Part shown: in pieces, positions 22,403 through 31,048 of the stretch
How the letters are laid out: each line of letters opens with the position of its first letter
Numbering within the stretch: position 1 is the first letter of the stretch
Source of the DNA: Candidatus Babelota bacterium
Lineage (GTDB): Bacteria > Babelota > Babeliae > Babelales > GCA-2401785
Assembly: GCA_016871815.1 (NCBI GenBank)
Contig: VHBT01000003.1
Coordinates: forward strand, 14,317 to 78,316
Length of the DNA stretch: 64,000 nt
Reading direction: 5' to 3'
Notes under the pieces: generated by a model
What the model saw: only the letters and a program-made list of their open reading frames with translations
Database searches by the model: none
What the model was told of the DNA's origin: nothing
Program-made: the position numbers and the translations under genes

Positions 22403-22515
22403 ATCAAACCCCCAAATAATCCCTATTTTTTGAAAAATACCATTAAAAAACTTTAAAAAGCATTAAAAATGACCTCTTTTCAAAACCAAAGACCAAATCC
22501 AACCCAAGGTTACTA

Positions 22516-22543
22516 TTGCAGCTTTTTTTATGACCAGTATACT
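22516..22543 (+). promoter_or_regulatory. Candidate rplS promoter (TTGCAG-N16-TATACT)
   Basis: TTGCAG at 22516-22521, a 16-nt spacer, then TATACT at 22538-22543. It leaves a ~65-nt leader containing the hairpin GCCGA-tttaa-TTCGGC. Confidence 0.4.
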
Positions 22544-22613
22544 GAAGTCGTTAGTTATCCACTTGTCGCCGATTTAATTCGGCCCGTAAATCTTAAGACC
22601 AAAGATACTTGTT

Positions 22614-22991
22614 ATGAAAGCATCAAATCTTACAAAAGAAACCGTTCTGCAAGTAGATCTTCCTCAGAGAGATTTTCCGACCTTCAACGTTGGTGACACC
22701 ATTGAAGTCGATCAAATCATCCAAGAAGATAAAAAAGAACGTATCCAAAAATTTGCTGGCAATGTTATTGCAATGAGACGCAACGGTGCGGGTTCAACCT
22801 TTATCGTTAGAAAAATTGCAGCCGGGAACATCGGAGTAGAAAAAATTTTTCCTTTTTACTCACCAATAATCTCTGCAATCAAAGTCCTCAAAGAAGGTAT
22901 CGTACGAAGAGCTAAGCTTTTCTACCTTCGAGACGCTGTTGGTAAAGCAGCAAAAATTAAGGAAAAACGTCGCGACGATTCTTCTAAATAA
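22614..22991 (+). CDS. rplS: 50S ribosomal protein L19
   Basis: ...FPTFNVGDTIEVDQIIQEDKKERIQKFAGNVIAMRRNGAGSTFIVRKIAAGNIGVEKIFPFYSPIISAIKVLKEGIVRRAKLFYLRD is the classic L19 pattern (RxQxFxG, VErxFPxxSP, VRRAKLYYLR). Confidence 0.93.
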   Translation: MKASNLTKETVLQVDLPQRDFPTFNVGDTIEVDQIIQEDKKERIQKFAGNVIAMRRNGAGSTFIVRKIAAGNIGVEKIFPFYSPIISAIKVLKEGIVRRAKLFYLRDAVGKAAKIKEKRRDDSSK

Positions 22992-22995
22992 TTTT

Positions 22996-23030
22996 AAAGG
23001 GAAGTTAAAAAACTTCCCTTTTTTATTTTT
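22996..23030 (+). terminator. Intrinsic terminator of rplS
   Basis: AAAGGGAAGTT-aaaa-AACTTCCCTTT followed by TTTTATTTTTT. Confidence 0.8.
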
Positions 23031-23078
23031 TGTTTGATAGTTTTTTAAAAATTCATCTTCTTATCTGTTATTAAATAT

Positions 23079-23975
23079 ATGAAAAAAGTTATTCTCATTC
23101 TTTTTGCGTTTACTGCACTTCATTATGTACTTAAAGCGAACCTGAGAGTTGGCAACACTCGCTATTCACATTGTGCTGTATCAGGATCACAAACAATCCT
23201 TGGACCATTTAATGCGGAACACGCAAAACTTGGAGCGCTTACAGTCACCGGAAATTGTGACCTTGATGAATCAACAGCCGAAAGCCTTTCAGTCACTGGT
23301 CCCTGCAAGCTCAAACGTTCAAAAATTTCTCGACATTTTTCTGGCACAGGATCGCTCACAGCAAGTCACACTGAATTTGGTTCTTGCTCAAACACAGGAC
23401 CTCTTGATTTTAAACATGTAACAATTGACGGCTCTCTAAAAAACACAGGTCCATCAACAATCGTACACTCGAGTGGAACTGAACTAAAAATAACCGGCCC
23501 ATGCGAATGTGAACACAATTCATTTGAAGGAGGCGAAATAACAGGAACAACAAAAATCAGTGACTCAAAGTATACCAAAAAACTCATTCTAACAGGACAA
23601 ACCAACCTTAGATCATCATCTTTTGGATCTTTAAAAATAACCGGCAAAACAACCATCTCTCACTGTTCTGCTCATGATGCAGAAATCACAGGAAACTCAC
23701 TTGTAGATGATTGCGAAATCAAAGAAATCACACTCACGTGTCAAGACGCAACGTTCGATTCGTGTAATTGCAACGTCTTGTATGTTGAAAAAAATGATTC
23801 ATCAAAATCAATTAAAGATCCTACCGTTATCAAAATTGCTCACTCGAACAAATCAAAACCCAATAACTACATAAAGCGAATTGTTTGTGCAGACCCTGAA
23901 ACTAAAATAATCTTTTTGGCTGGCTCAACCAAAGCCGATGATATCAAGGGAACCGAGCACATTACCTACAATTAA
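23079..23975 (+). CDS. Secreted Cys-containing beta-solenoid-like repeat protein (hypothetical)
   Basis: 298 aa with signal peptide MKKVILILFAFTALHYVLKA, then about ten ~20-aa repeats built around (V/I)TG(P/N/K/T) (LTVTGNC, LSVTGPC, FSGTGSL, SNTGPL, KNTGPS, KITGPC, EITGTT, ILTGQT, KITGKT, EITGNS). The periodicity is bactofilin-like or beta-helix-like. Confidence 0.75.
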   Translation: MKKVILILFAFTALHYVLKANLRVGNTRYSHCAVSGSQTILGPFNAEHAKLGALTVTGNCDLDESTAESLSVTGPCKLKRSKISRHFSGTGSLTASHTEFGSCSNTGPLDFKHVTIDGSLKNTGPSTIVHSSGTELKITGPCECEHNSFEGGEITGTTKISDSKYTKKLILTGQTNLRSSSFGSLKITGKTTISHCSAHDAEITGNSLVDDCEIKEITLTCQDATFDSCNCNVLYVEKNDSSKSIKDPTVIKIAHSNKSKPNNYIKRIVCADPETKIIFLAGSTKADDIKGTEHITYN

Positions 23976-24499
23976 TAATTGTGTGCATTTGAGTTGAGCG
24001 ATGCTACAAACTCAACAAAAAAACTGCTCTTCAGGAACAAATAAATCCCAAACGAACACAACGCAGAACCAATCAAGCACAAAAGCAAACGATACCAGGA
24101 CGAACGAACAAAACTAACTGCCCAATAATAAAGTAAACTGATACCTGTTATAACTACAGGTATCATTCCCGATCGCGGAACAAGCATCAAATGATACATT
24201 AATGTTGTGTACGGCGTCTTTGTAAAAATAATTGGAAAAAACAAAAACGACATGACATCAAAAAACAACACAAACAACCATGTTACTGTCAATCGCAATG
24301 CTCGTTTTTTGAATGCAACCTCATCGCCAAAAAGAGCCATAAACAACATATAAAAAGAAATAATCGGTGTGCCAAGAACAAAAAAACTCAACACCAAGAG
24401 GGAAAGATACAACCCCACCAAAACGCCAACTTGTTGAGCAAGAAATACAAGATACGCACAAAACAAACCACCAAATAAAAATCGTTTATATTTATACAT
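23972..24499 (-). CDS. Hypothetical polytopic membrane protein
   Basis: 175-aa ORF with five or six hydrophobic segments. It overlaps the convergent upstream gene by 4 nt at the 3' ends. Confidence 0.65.
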   Translation of the reverse strand: MYKYKRFLFGGLFCAYLVFLAQQVGVLVGLYLSLLVLSFFVLGTPIISFYMLFMALFGDEVAFKKRALRLTVTWLFVLFFDVMSFLFFPIIFTKTPYTTLMYHLMLVPRSGMIPVVITGISLLYYWAVSFVRSSWYRLLLCLIGSALCSFGIYLFLKSSFFVEFVASLNSNAHNY

Positions 24500-24688
24500 G
24501 CATTCCCTGAACGGTATAAAACTCAGTAGCCAACTGCTTCAAACCATAGCGAAATTTAAAAAAAATTACAGCTCTTTTCCTAAATCAATAGCATCTGAAT
24601 TAATATTTTTATTAACTAAAAACCTACCCCTCAGATGCAATTCGTATTTTAAAATTACGCCCTAAAAACAATTACCGTAATACATGCT

Positions 24689-26686
24689 TTATTCCGCACT
24701 CGCTACAAGCTCAGAGTCCAAACATATTGGGTCACGCAACTCGATCTTACCATACAATTCTTGTAATTTTTTTGTCGCGTGCCTGGAAAGTTTTTTTGCA
24801 ATAACAATCAACTTTGGTTTTTTTATCACACCAGCAGCTACATGAATTTGCGGATCTCTATTTTCCTGATCTGCTAAGAGCTGACCCAACAAAGCTTGAA
24901 CACCAGATTCATCTGCATATTCAACACACAGGCCTGTCGTTTTATCCACAACCTCAACAACCAACTCTTTTTTTTCTACTCCAAACCGCTCAGCAGAAAG
25001 CGCACCTTGCAATCGCTCCAAAAGAGATTTTTGCTCGTCCGCAAATCGCACGCGTCGCGGAACCCTTGATGTAGGAAGAATCACATGCGCATCAGCAACT
25101 TTTTCTGTCAAAACTACACGGCTTGGACGTCTTTCAAAAACAGGCACTGGCTGTGACGCTGCAACTGATAATGGAACAACCACAACGGGTTGCGATGTTA
25201 TTGTTATCATATCTCGAGTAGCTCTGATACATGTAACTAATTCATTCCCTAGAACATCTTGCGAATCACACGCAATACATTTTTCGCCATCATGCAAACT
25301 CAGTGCAAACGTTTCTGGATCTTGCAAAACAACAATATTTTTCTCAACACCCCTAACGGTTGTTTGGGTTGTTTGAGTGCTCACAAGATCACTGTGAGTT
25401 TTAGATGAAACTAAACTTTTATCAAATTGCCCACGAACAAATTGAATGGTCAATAACGAATAAGGCAAGGCTTGCTTTAAGCAAACTCTATGTGGCGACA
25501 ATGTCGCCTGCCCTTCACAAAATTTAACATCGAAAACAACCTTCTTTTGGCCTACCTGAAAAAGATTCAAACCAAATCCATACAAACTCAAATCATCATA
25601 AGAGAGTTTCTGTCGCCCTAACCCATCCCTAACAGCATTAAAAAGGCTCGAAACCTGTTTTTGCTCAAAATCAAATGCCGATAATACCATTTTTTGTGGA
25701 TCAATAGCCTGTCCCAAAACAACATACGGAAACGAGACATGCTTACTATTCAATAATTCCAACATAGTGGTTTTTAAGCTTGCTGCGCGCGCCTCATCTT
25801 GAGCAATAAAAAATATACGCTTAATACCAGAAAACCAGGTGTATGCTTTCGCATTTTGTTCAAAAAAATTGTTCAACGAATCATGTTGAGCTTTTTTTGA
25901 AACCACCACAATCACACTGTCGGGAAAAAAGCAAGCACCTCGAGCGTACAAAACGCCAGGAATCAAACCCTTCCACTCGTTAAAATCTTTTTTAAAAAGG
26001 ATGGGTATTCTTTGTTTAACTTGTTCAAAAAAAGCTTCTTCTGATTGAGAAAAAACCTTTAATCTCGCCCACAAGTCCAAAGTTTTTTCCGACGCAGCCT
26101 GCCTGCAACTATACAATACAGCTAAAAACCCTAAACCCAAAGTACCCTTTAAAGCCCATCCACCAGAAAAACTCAATCCAACCTCAAAAAACCGACAAAG
26201 AACCTGAAACTGAGGACATTCAGGAATAACCACCTGCGCCGAAATAACATCATCAACCTTCAGCAGATCGACAGTAACTCGTACGCACTCAACGCCATCT
26301 GGAAAAATGAATTTTATCGAAAAGGTATTTTTTACAGCACTTGAAAGACGTAATGCCTCAATGCGTCGAGCAACAAAAGCAAGCGTTGCTTCAAGGGAAC
26401 TCAAGCGAGCAAATTGATTTTTATGAGCCTTTGAAAGCTCCAAAAACATTGTATAGTCCAGTTTTTTTGACAAATCACACTCGAACTCGAAAAAACGCTC
26501 CTGTTCAGAAGAAAAATCTTGCACAGAGACTTTAACATTATTTGCATAGCCAGAAGGCACGAAAAGCCTTTCTTGAGAAAAAACAACTCTTCCAGCTGAT
26601 AAATCAAGAAAAAAGCCGCCCAAAAATAACGGGAGCATGAAAAAAAAACGAATTTTATTTAATTTTAAAAAATACATACAATCCAA
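24689..26686 (-). CDS. Large hypothetical protein with an N-terminal hydrophobic anchor or signal
   Basis: 665-aa uninterrupted ORF with N-terminal FFFMLPLFLGGFFLDLSAG. No motif recognised. The exact start is uncertain. Confidence 0.75.
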   Translation of the reverse strand: MDCMYFLKLNKIRFFFMLPLFLGGFFLDLSAGRVVFSQERLFVPSGYANNVKVSVQDFSSEQERFFEFECDLSKKLDYTMFLELSKAHKNQFARLSSLEATLAFVARRIEALRLSSAVKNTFSIKFIFPDGVECVRVTVDLLKVDDVISAQVVIPECPQFQVLCRFFEVGLSFSGGWALKGTLGLGFLAVLYSCRQAASEKTLDLWARLKVFSQSEEAFFEQVKQRIPILFKKDFNEWKGLIPGVLYARGACFFPDSVIVVVSKKAQHDSLNNFFEQNAKAYTWFSGIKRIFFIAQDEARAASLKTTMLELLNSKHVSFPYVVLGQAIDPQKMVLSAFDFEQKQVSSLFNAVRDGLGRQKLSYDDLSLYGFGLNLFQVGQKKVVFDVKFCEGQATLSPHRVCLKQALPYSLLTIQFVRGQFDKSLVSSKTHSDLVSTQTTQTTVRGVEKNIVVLQDPETFALSLHDGEKCIACDSQDVLGNELVTCIRATRDMITITSQPVVVVPLSVAASQPVPVFERRPSRVVLTEKVADAHVILPTSRVPRRVRFADEQKSLLERLQGALSAERFGVEKKELVVEVVDKTTGLCVEYADESGVQALLGQLLADQENRDPQIHVAAGVIKKPKLIVIAKKLSRHATKKLQELYGKIELRDPICLDSELVASAE

Positions 26687-26870
26687 AAAAAGATAAAAAC
26701 AGTGGGTTCTTATTATACTTTATGATCTTTCGTTAAACAAAAAAGAATAAAAAAGTCCTTATTTTTCCTTTTTAAGCATACTCAAAAAAAAATTTGATCG
26801 AAAAAATCTATTTTTTTAAAAAATAAATGCTATAAATATGAAAAATTATACCCTCTTAGACTTTTAAATT

Positions 26871-27428
26871 ATGAAAATAATTCTCATTGCTTTTCTTGTG
26901 CTGTACGTAACTCAAGAAGCAAAATGCCCTCCGATTGATCAACCGACTGAAAATGTGACGCATAATGAATCCGCCAAAGAAATCAATAAATCCTCTTTGA
27001 TCACAGAAACTTTTTGCAAAAAAATGTCTACCGCTTCTCTTTATGAAAAAGTCATGCAATTTCCACTGCAAGATATGATTGATCGTTGCAAGCTTGATCA
27101 CAACTACACAGATCAAGACATGCAAATTTTAGAAAAAGAACTACGTCGTTTTTTATACCTTTGCTTACAAAACAAAAACGGCGGTACAGGTATGTACTCG
27201 AAAGACGTAGACAATCTTTGGCACGCTTTCATCTTGCATACCCCAGAGTATGTTGACTTTTCAAACCTAACAAAAGGTTCTTATATTCATCATATTCCAA
27301 AACGTCCAAACGAACCGCAAAAAAAAGATTCTACTGATTTTGCTCTTTTTATAAGAAACTATGAAGCAACATTTAATGAAAAAATTCACCCCGTTTGGTT
27401 TATTGATATGATCGAAAAACAACAATAA
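26871..27428 (+). CDS. Secreted hypothetical protein with a WHxFILHTxxY...HHIP motif (possibly related to the GRDP-like/DUF1399-type family)
   Basis: 185 aa with signal MKIILIAFLVLYVTQEA and the motif DVDNLWHAFILHTPEYVDFSNLTKGSYIHHIP. The family assignment is from memory and has low confidence. Confidence 0.7.
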   Translation: MKIILIAFLVLYVTQEAKCPPIDQPTENVTHNESAKEINKSSLITETFCKKMSTASLYEKVMQFPLQDMIDRCKLDHNYTDQDMQILEKELRRFLYLCLQNKNGGTGMYSKDVDNLWHAFILHTPEYVDFSNLTKGSYIHHIPKRPNEPQKKDSTDFALFIRNYEATFNEKIHPVWFIDMIEKQQ

Positions 27429-27436
27429 GGATATAT

Positions 27437-27616
27437 ATGAATAAAAAACTACTGTTAATAGCACTTACTCTTGCTCCACTTGCTCAATCTAACATCGAAG
27501 AAAGATGCTCTGCCCAAAAAGAATCAATTCAAAATTTTAGAAAAATGATTCTCAACAATGATAATAAGCTTGCTGCAAATGATTGCAGCTCAGATTGTGC
27601 AGATTGCAGAGATTAA
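27437..27616 (+). CDS. Small secreted Cys-rich peptide, copy 1 (59 aa, acidic C-terminus)
   Basis: Below the ORF-track length cut-off. ATG at 27437 with AAGGA 8 nt upstream. MNKKLLLIALTLAPLAQSNIEERCSAQKESIQNFRKMILNNDNKLAANDCSSDCADCRD*. Followed by an imperfect GGGCCC hairpin and a T-run. Confidence 0.6.
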   Translation: MNKKLLLIALTLAPLAQSNIEERCSAQKESIQNFRKMILNNDNKLAANDCSSDCADCRD

Positions 27617-27676
27617 CAAAGGGCCCTTGTCGGGCACTTTCCTTTTTAAAAAGATCTTTTTATCTCAAGGATATGT

Positions 27677-27895
27677 ATGAACAAAAAACTACTTTTAATA
27701 GCACTTACTCTTGCTCCACTTGCTCAATCTAACATCGAAGAAAGATGCTCTGCACAAGAAGAATCAATTCAAAATTTTAGAGAATGCATTCTCAATCATG
27801 ACAACACATCGGATATAAATATAAAATGCAGTAGTAAATGTGTCGGTTGCAGCAAATGCAGAGGTTTCTGCGGCTCTTGCAAGAGCAGGAATTAA
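27677..27895 (+). CDS. Small secreted Cys-rich peptide, copy 2 (72 aa, basic C-terminus with 9 Cys in the predicted mature part)
   Basis: MNKKLLLIALTLAPLAQSNIEERCSAQEESIQNFRECILNHDNTSDINIKCSSKCVGCSKCRGFCGSCKSRN*. Same SD and leader as copy 1. Followed by the GGGCCC-attttc-GGGCCC hairpin and a T-run. Confidence 0.7.
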   Translation: MNKKLLLIALTLAPLAQSNIEERCSAQEESIQNFRECILNHDNTSDINIKCSSKCVGCSKCRGFCGSCKSRN

Positions 27896-27939
27896 CAAAG
27901 GGCCCATTTTCGGGCCCTTCTCTTTTTAAAAAGATCTTT

Positions 27940-30141
27940 TTATCTCAACGAACGATTTCGAGCATTTTTGATAATTTGTTCCAATCGCGGGTTTGATAAT
28001 TTTTGCTTACGCATCTGATCCAAGAAAATATCAAACGCTACATTTACATCACCCACACCTGGAGTCAACGTATACGGATATGAAACAACAAAATCATCAT
28101 CAACAGATGCTGTTACTTTATAATTTTCAAAAGCTCCATTGGTCATAGTCTTTAATGCAGTCAAATCTTTGTAGTGCGTTGCAAGTACATAATTTACTTT
28201 TTTATTCAAAGCAATTTCTGCACACAACTCAGCTGACAATAAAACCGCAGGATCAAATTCTGTACCACTAAACAATTCATCGGTTACCACAAGCATCTTT
28301 TCTCCGTCTTGCAATTCGTCTGCTTGCTTAAGAACAGAAACCACATCAAATGCTTCCGCCATAAACTTTGACTGATTATTTGCGGTGTCATCAACACTAG
28401 AAAATCGTGCAATAATTTTTTTGTACGGAGTTAAAACAAATTTTGACGCACAAGCAACACCAAAATTTTGTGCAAAAAGAACGTTAACCAAGAGCGACTT
28501 CATCGTAACAGATTTACCGGCAGCATTTGGCCCTGTAATAATCATATTTTGCGCATCATCAGAAGTTCTACCCAAAATAATTGAGTTTGACCTGACAACA
28601 GCTTGAGGCAAAATTGGATGCCACATGTCTTCTGCAATAATACGCGCTTCTGACGATTCTTCATCAAACTCTGCAAAACATGTTCTAATCGGAGCTCCGA
28701 TATCATTGGTTGCATTTTGCGTATCAACAATTAACTGCGCTATTGCTGCATACGCATCAACTTCACCATAAAATTGAACCGCACTCGAAAAATCGGAAAC
28801 TGTCTCGCCAAGTAACTTGGTCATATTCAATACTTTGGGATGACTAGCCGAAAGCATGCTATATTGTTGATCTTCTTTAAATGACGAACTTGAAGCCTTA
28901 CTTACAAGCTCTTGCCACTTTGCAGACAAGCTCGTTTCATACGATTGCAAATACTCAGAATTAACAACAGGCACTGCACTTGCATTCAAATAAGCGAGCA
29001 ATCCATCAATTCCTTTAACATATGTAGACAGTTTTTGAGCTGTAGCAAAAGCTTCTTCTTGATACTTTTTCATCCATTTAACAAGATTAAAAATACCATA
29101 ACAAAGAACAGCACAAAGAGCAGGCAAAGCAACTCTATCAATAATCGTGTAATCGGTTTTAGCTCCTTTGGTTATCCAACTCAATACAGCCTGCCCAGCG
29201 CCACGATAATTGGTCAAACATGCCAACCCAGCAACAGCCGAAAGGGTAAAATAACCGAGATACATCAAATTCTGCAGAATTACACCAAGGCTTCCTGCTG
29301 CTTCCGTCTGTGCAATCTTGCCAATCAAATAAAGTGCTCCAAATAATCCATTTCCGATCGCCATATTTTTAAGCCACGCATATCCAGCAGGATTAAACAA
29401 ATAAACGGCATAAAAAAGAGCTACCTCAAGACCAACAATCACCATCATTTTTTTAGCTTGAGACATCGCTTCAAAGGGATTTGGAGCCAACGGAATTTGA
29501 TTTGCCAAAGTATCTTCGTGCGCAGCGATTGAACGTAGTGAACTTTGGACATTTTTTAATAATGCAGGAGAATCAACAAGAGCCTTGATAAAGGCCTGTC
29601 TTCTTTTTACCACAGGAAGATTAACGTCAACTTGCGATGCCAAACCAACAAAACATGCTTGACCTGCTCGAGTAATTGTTTTTCCTAATGATCTTACAAC
29701 TGAATTTTGTCCATCTTTATTGGTGAGCTGCAAATCGGCCAACAATTTTATGCGAGATTTTCGGGCTTCAAATTCTGCGGTAGAAAAATATTTTTGAGTA
29801 GTAAGATCGTCCCACGAAATAACCATTCTATCATTCAACAAACTAATCAGCTTAGCATTTGTGCTGACAGGTAAAATCCCTTGAAACAGAGTCGTTTTAT
29901 CATTATTAATTAACGGTAATGTTAAAAACTGCGACACCAGAGCCAATTCTTTTTTTTGTAAACTTAAATGATTTTGCTCAATCATATCTTCTCCCAAACC
30001 GCTTGGAGCAACTAACAGCATCGCTGGCTGCATAACCAATATTCCCAACAACACTTGTGCAATTTTTTTCTTGTATGTAAAAAACACCTTTAATTCACCC
30101 TCTTTATAATTTTTAAAATTTCTACAAATTTTTATTAACAA
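27940..30141 (-). CDS. Membrane-associated MutS-related ATPase (MutS domain V only; no mismatch-binding domain)
   Basis: 733 aa. The C-terminal region is ITGPNAAGKSVTMKSL (Walker A, nt ~28507-28533), QSKFMAEAFD (MutS STFxxE signature), MLVVTDELFSGTE (Walker B) and LATHYKDL. The middle contains about four hydrophobic helices (MMVIVGLEVALFYAVYLF..., LGVILQNLMYLGYFTLSAVAGLACL, VALPALCAVLCYGIFNLV). It overlaps merR by 20 nt. Confidence 0.85.
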   Translation of the reverse strand: MLIKICRNFKNYKEGELKVFFTYKKKIAQVLLGILVMQPAMLLVAPSGLGEDMIEQNHLSLQKKELALVSQFLTLPLINNDKTTLFQGILPVSTNAKLISLLNDRMVISWDDLTTQKYFSTAEFEARKSRIKLLADLQLTNKDGQNSVVRSLGKTITRAGQACFVGLASQVDVNLPVVKRRQAFIKALVDSPALLKNVQSSLRSIAAHEDTLANQIPLAPNPFEAMSQAKKMMVIVGLEVALFYAVYLFNPAGYAWLKNMAIGNGLFGALYLIGKIAQTEAAGSLGVILQNLMYLGYFTLSAVAGLACLTNYRGAGQAVLSWITKGAKTDYTIIDRVALPALCAVLCYGIFNLVKWMKKYQEEAFATAQKLSTYVKGIDGLLAYLNASAVPVVNSEYLQSYETSLSAKWQELVSKASSSSFKEDQQYSMLSASHPKVLNMTKLLGETVSDFSSAVQFYGEVDAYAAIAQLIVDTQNATNDIGAPIRTCFAEFDEESSEARIIAEDMWHPILPQAVVRSNSIILGRTSDDAQNMIITGPNAAGKSVTMKSLLVNVLFAQNFGVACASKFVLTPYKKIIARFSSVDDTANNQSKFMAEAFDVVSVLKQADELQDGEKMLVVTDELFSGTEFDPAVLLSAELCAEIALNKKVNYVLATHYKDLTALKTMTNGAFENYKVTASVDDDFVVSYPYTLTPGVGDVNVAFDIFLDQMRKQKLSNPRLEQIIKNARNRSLR

Positions 30142-30892
30142 AAAATATCATTGCATCGGCCAAATAGCAGGCCAACTCATAATGCAACATAGTACTTCCT
30201 AGATTTTTTACAAATTCAACATTTTTAAGCGCTTCAAACGACTGAATACGTTGATTTTTATCTAAATTCGGGACAAGTATTTTGCTATGTTCAAAATTTT
30301 CACGCGCTAAAGCCTGCACACACTCGTCATCGATCGGAGTATTTTTTTCATAAAAAGCAGCAAATGTACTTAAAATCTCATTAGATTTTCTGACATACGC
30401 TGTCCATTCATTATCCCAGGTCCAATTTTTAGTAAGAGCAACCACTTCTTGCTCTGCCTGCTGCAAACAAGAGGCATACTCTTCACCCAAAACTGACAAC
30501 GTTTGATCTGTTAACTGTTGCTTTTTTTCTGCAACATACTGCTCTGTTGTTTTGCCTTTCGCCATTTCTAGATTTTTGATAAAAACATCAATCGCATCAA
30601 CAAGTGCCTGCTTCCGCTTAAGTTCAGTCAAAACAATCTCTTTTTGACGTAAAAGATCTGTCTTAAAATCAAACCCAGGATCAGAAAACATTTGTTGAAT
30701 TTTTTTAAGATCGTAGCCCAAATCCTTAAAAAAAATGATTTGCTGAAGCCGTATAAGTTCTGTCGTCGAGTAATATCGATAGCCGTTATCCGCAACTACA
30801 GCCGGTTTAAGCAATCCAATTTGATCATAAAAACGAATAGTTCTAACAGTAACCCCTGTTAAATCTGCTAGTTTTTTAATCGTATATTTCAT
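30122..30892 (-). CDS. MerR-family transcriptional regulator, TipA/Mta-like (TipAS-type C-terminal domain)
   Basis: The N-terminal wHTH is MKYTIKKLADLTGVTVRTIRFYDQIGLLKPAVVADNGYRYYSTTELIRLQQIIFFKDLGYDLKKIQ. The C-terminus ...NLGSTMLHYELACYLADAMIFF resembles the end of the TipAS effector domain. Confidence 0.85.
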   Translation of the reverse strand: MKYTIKKLADLTGVTVRTIRFYDQIGLLKPAVVADNGYRYYSTTELIRLQQIIFFKDLGYDLKKIQQMFSDPGFDFKTDLLRQKEIVLTELKRKQALVDAIDVFIKNLEMAKGKTTEQYVAEKKQQLTDQTLSVLGEEYASCLQQAEQEVVALTKNWTWDNEWTAYVRKSNEILSTFAAFYEKNTPIDDECVQALARENFEHSKILVPNLDKNQRIQSFEALKNVEFVKNLGSTMLHYELACYLADAMIFFVNKNL

Positions 30893-30924
30893 TTTTTTAC
30901 CTCAAAAAATCTACTCACTTTTTA

Positions 30925-30955
30925 ACGATAAGGCATGACGTTACTGGAAGGTCAA
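30925..30955 (-). promoter_or_regulatory. Candidate MerR-type promoter with a 19-bp spacer (TTGACC-N19-TATCGT)
   Basis: On the minus strand, TTGACC (30955-30950), the 19-nt spacer ttccagtaacgtcatgcct, then TATCGT (30930-30925). It lies about 33 nt upstream of the merR ATG (30892, GAGG SD). The over-long spacer is the hallmark of MerR-activated promoters. Confidence 0.45.
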
Positions 30956-31048
30956 GGGGTATTGTTAAAAAACATTAAAAAAAATTTTTATAAAAAAAGG
31001 GGACAGTGAAAACCACCGTCCCCGAAAAAATGTATGAACAAAAAAGTA

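Larger units (their letters stand above)
27429..27948 (+). repeat. Tandem duplication (units 27429-27668 and 27669-27948), each unit holding SD + leader + Cys-rich peptide gene + hairpin terminator
   Basis: Both units begin GGATAT(A/G)TATGAA(T/C)AAAAAACTACT, share a near-identical ~110-nt 5' part, and end in AACAAAGGGCCC...TTTTTAAAAAGATCTTTTTATCTCAA. The shared tail includes the last codons and stop of the convergent gene 27940-30141, so that tail was part of the duplicated segment. Confidence 0.85.

Noticed and set aside
22469-22696. 75-aa ORF overlapping the start of rplS
   Set aside because: It overlaps the well-supported L19 gene in another frame and covers its putative promoter and leader. 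It has no SD and no recognisable features.
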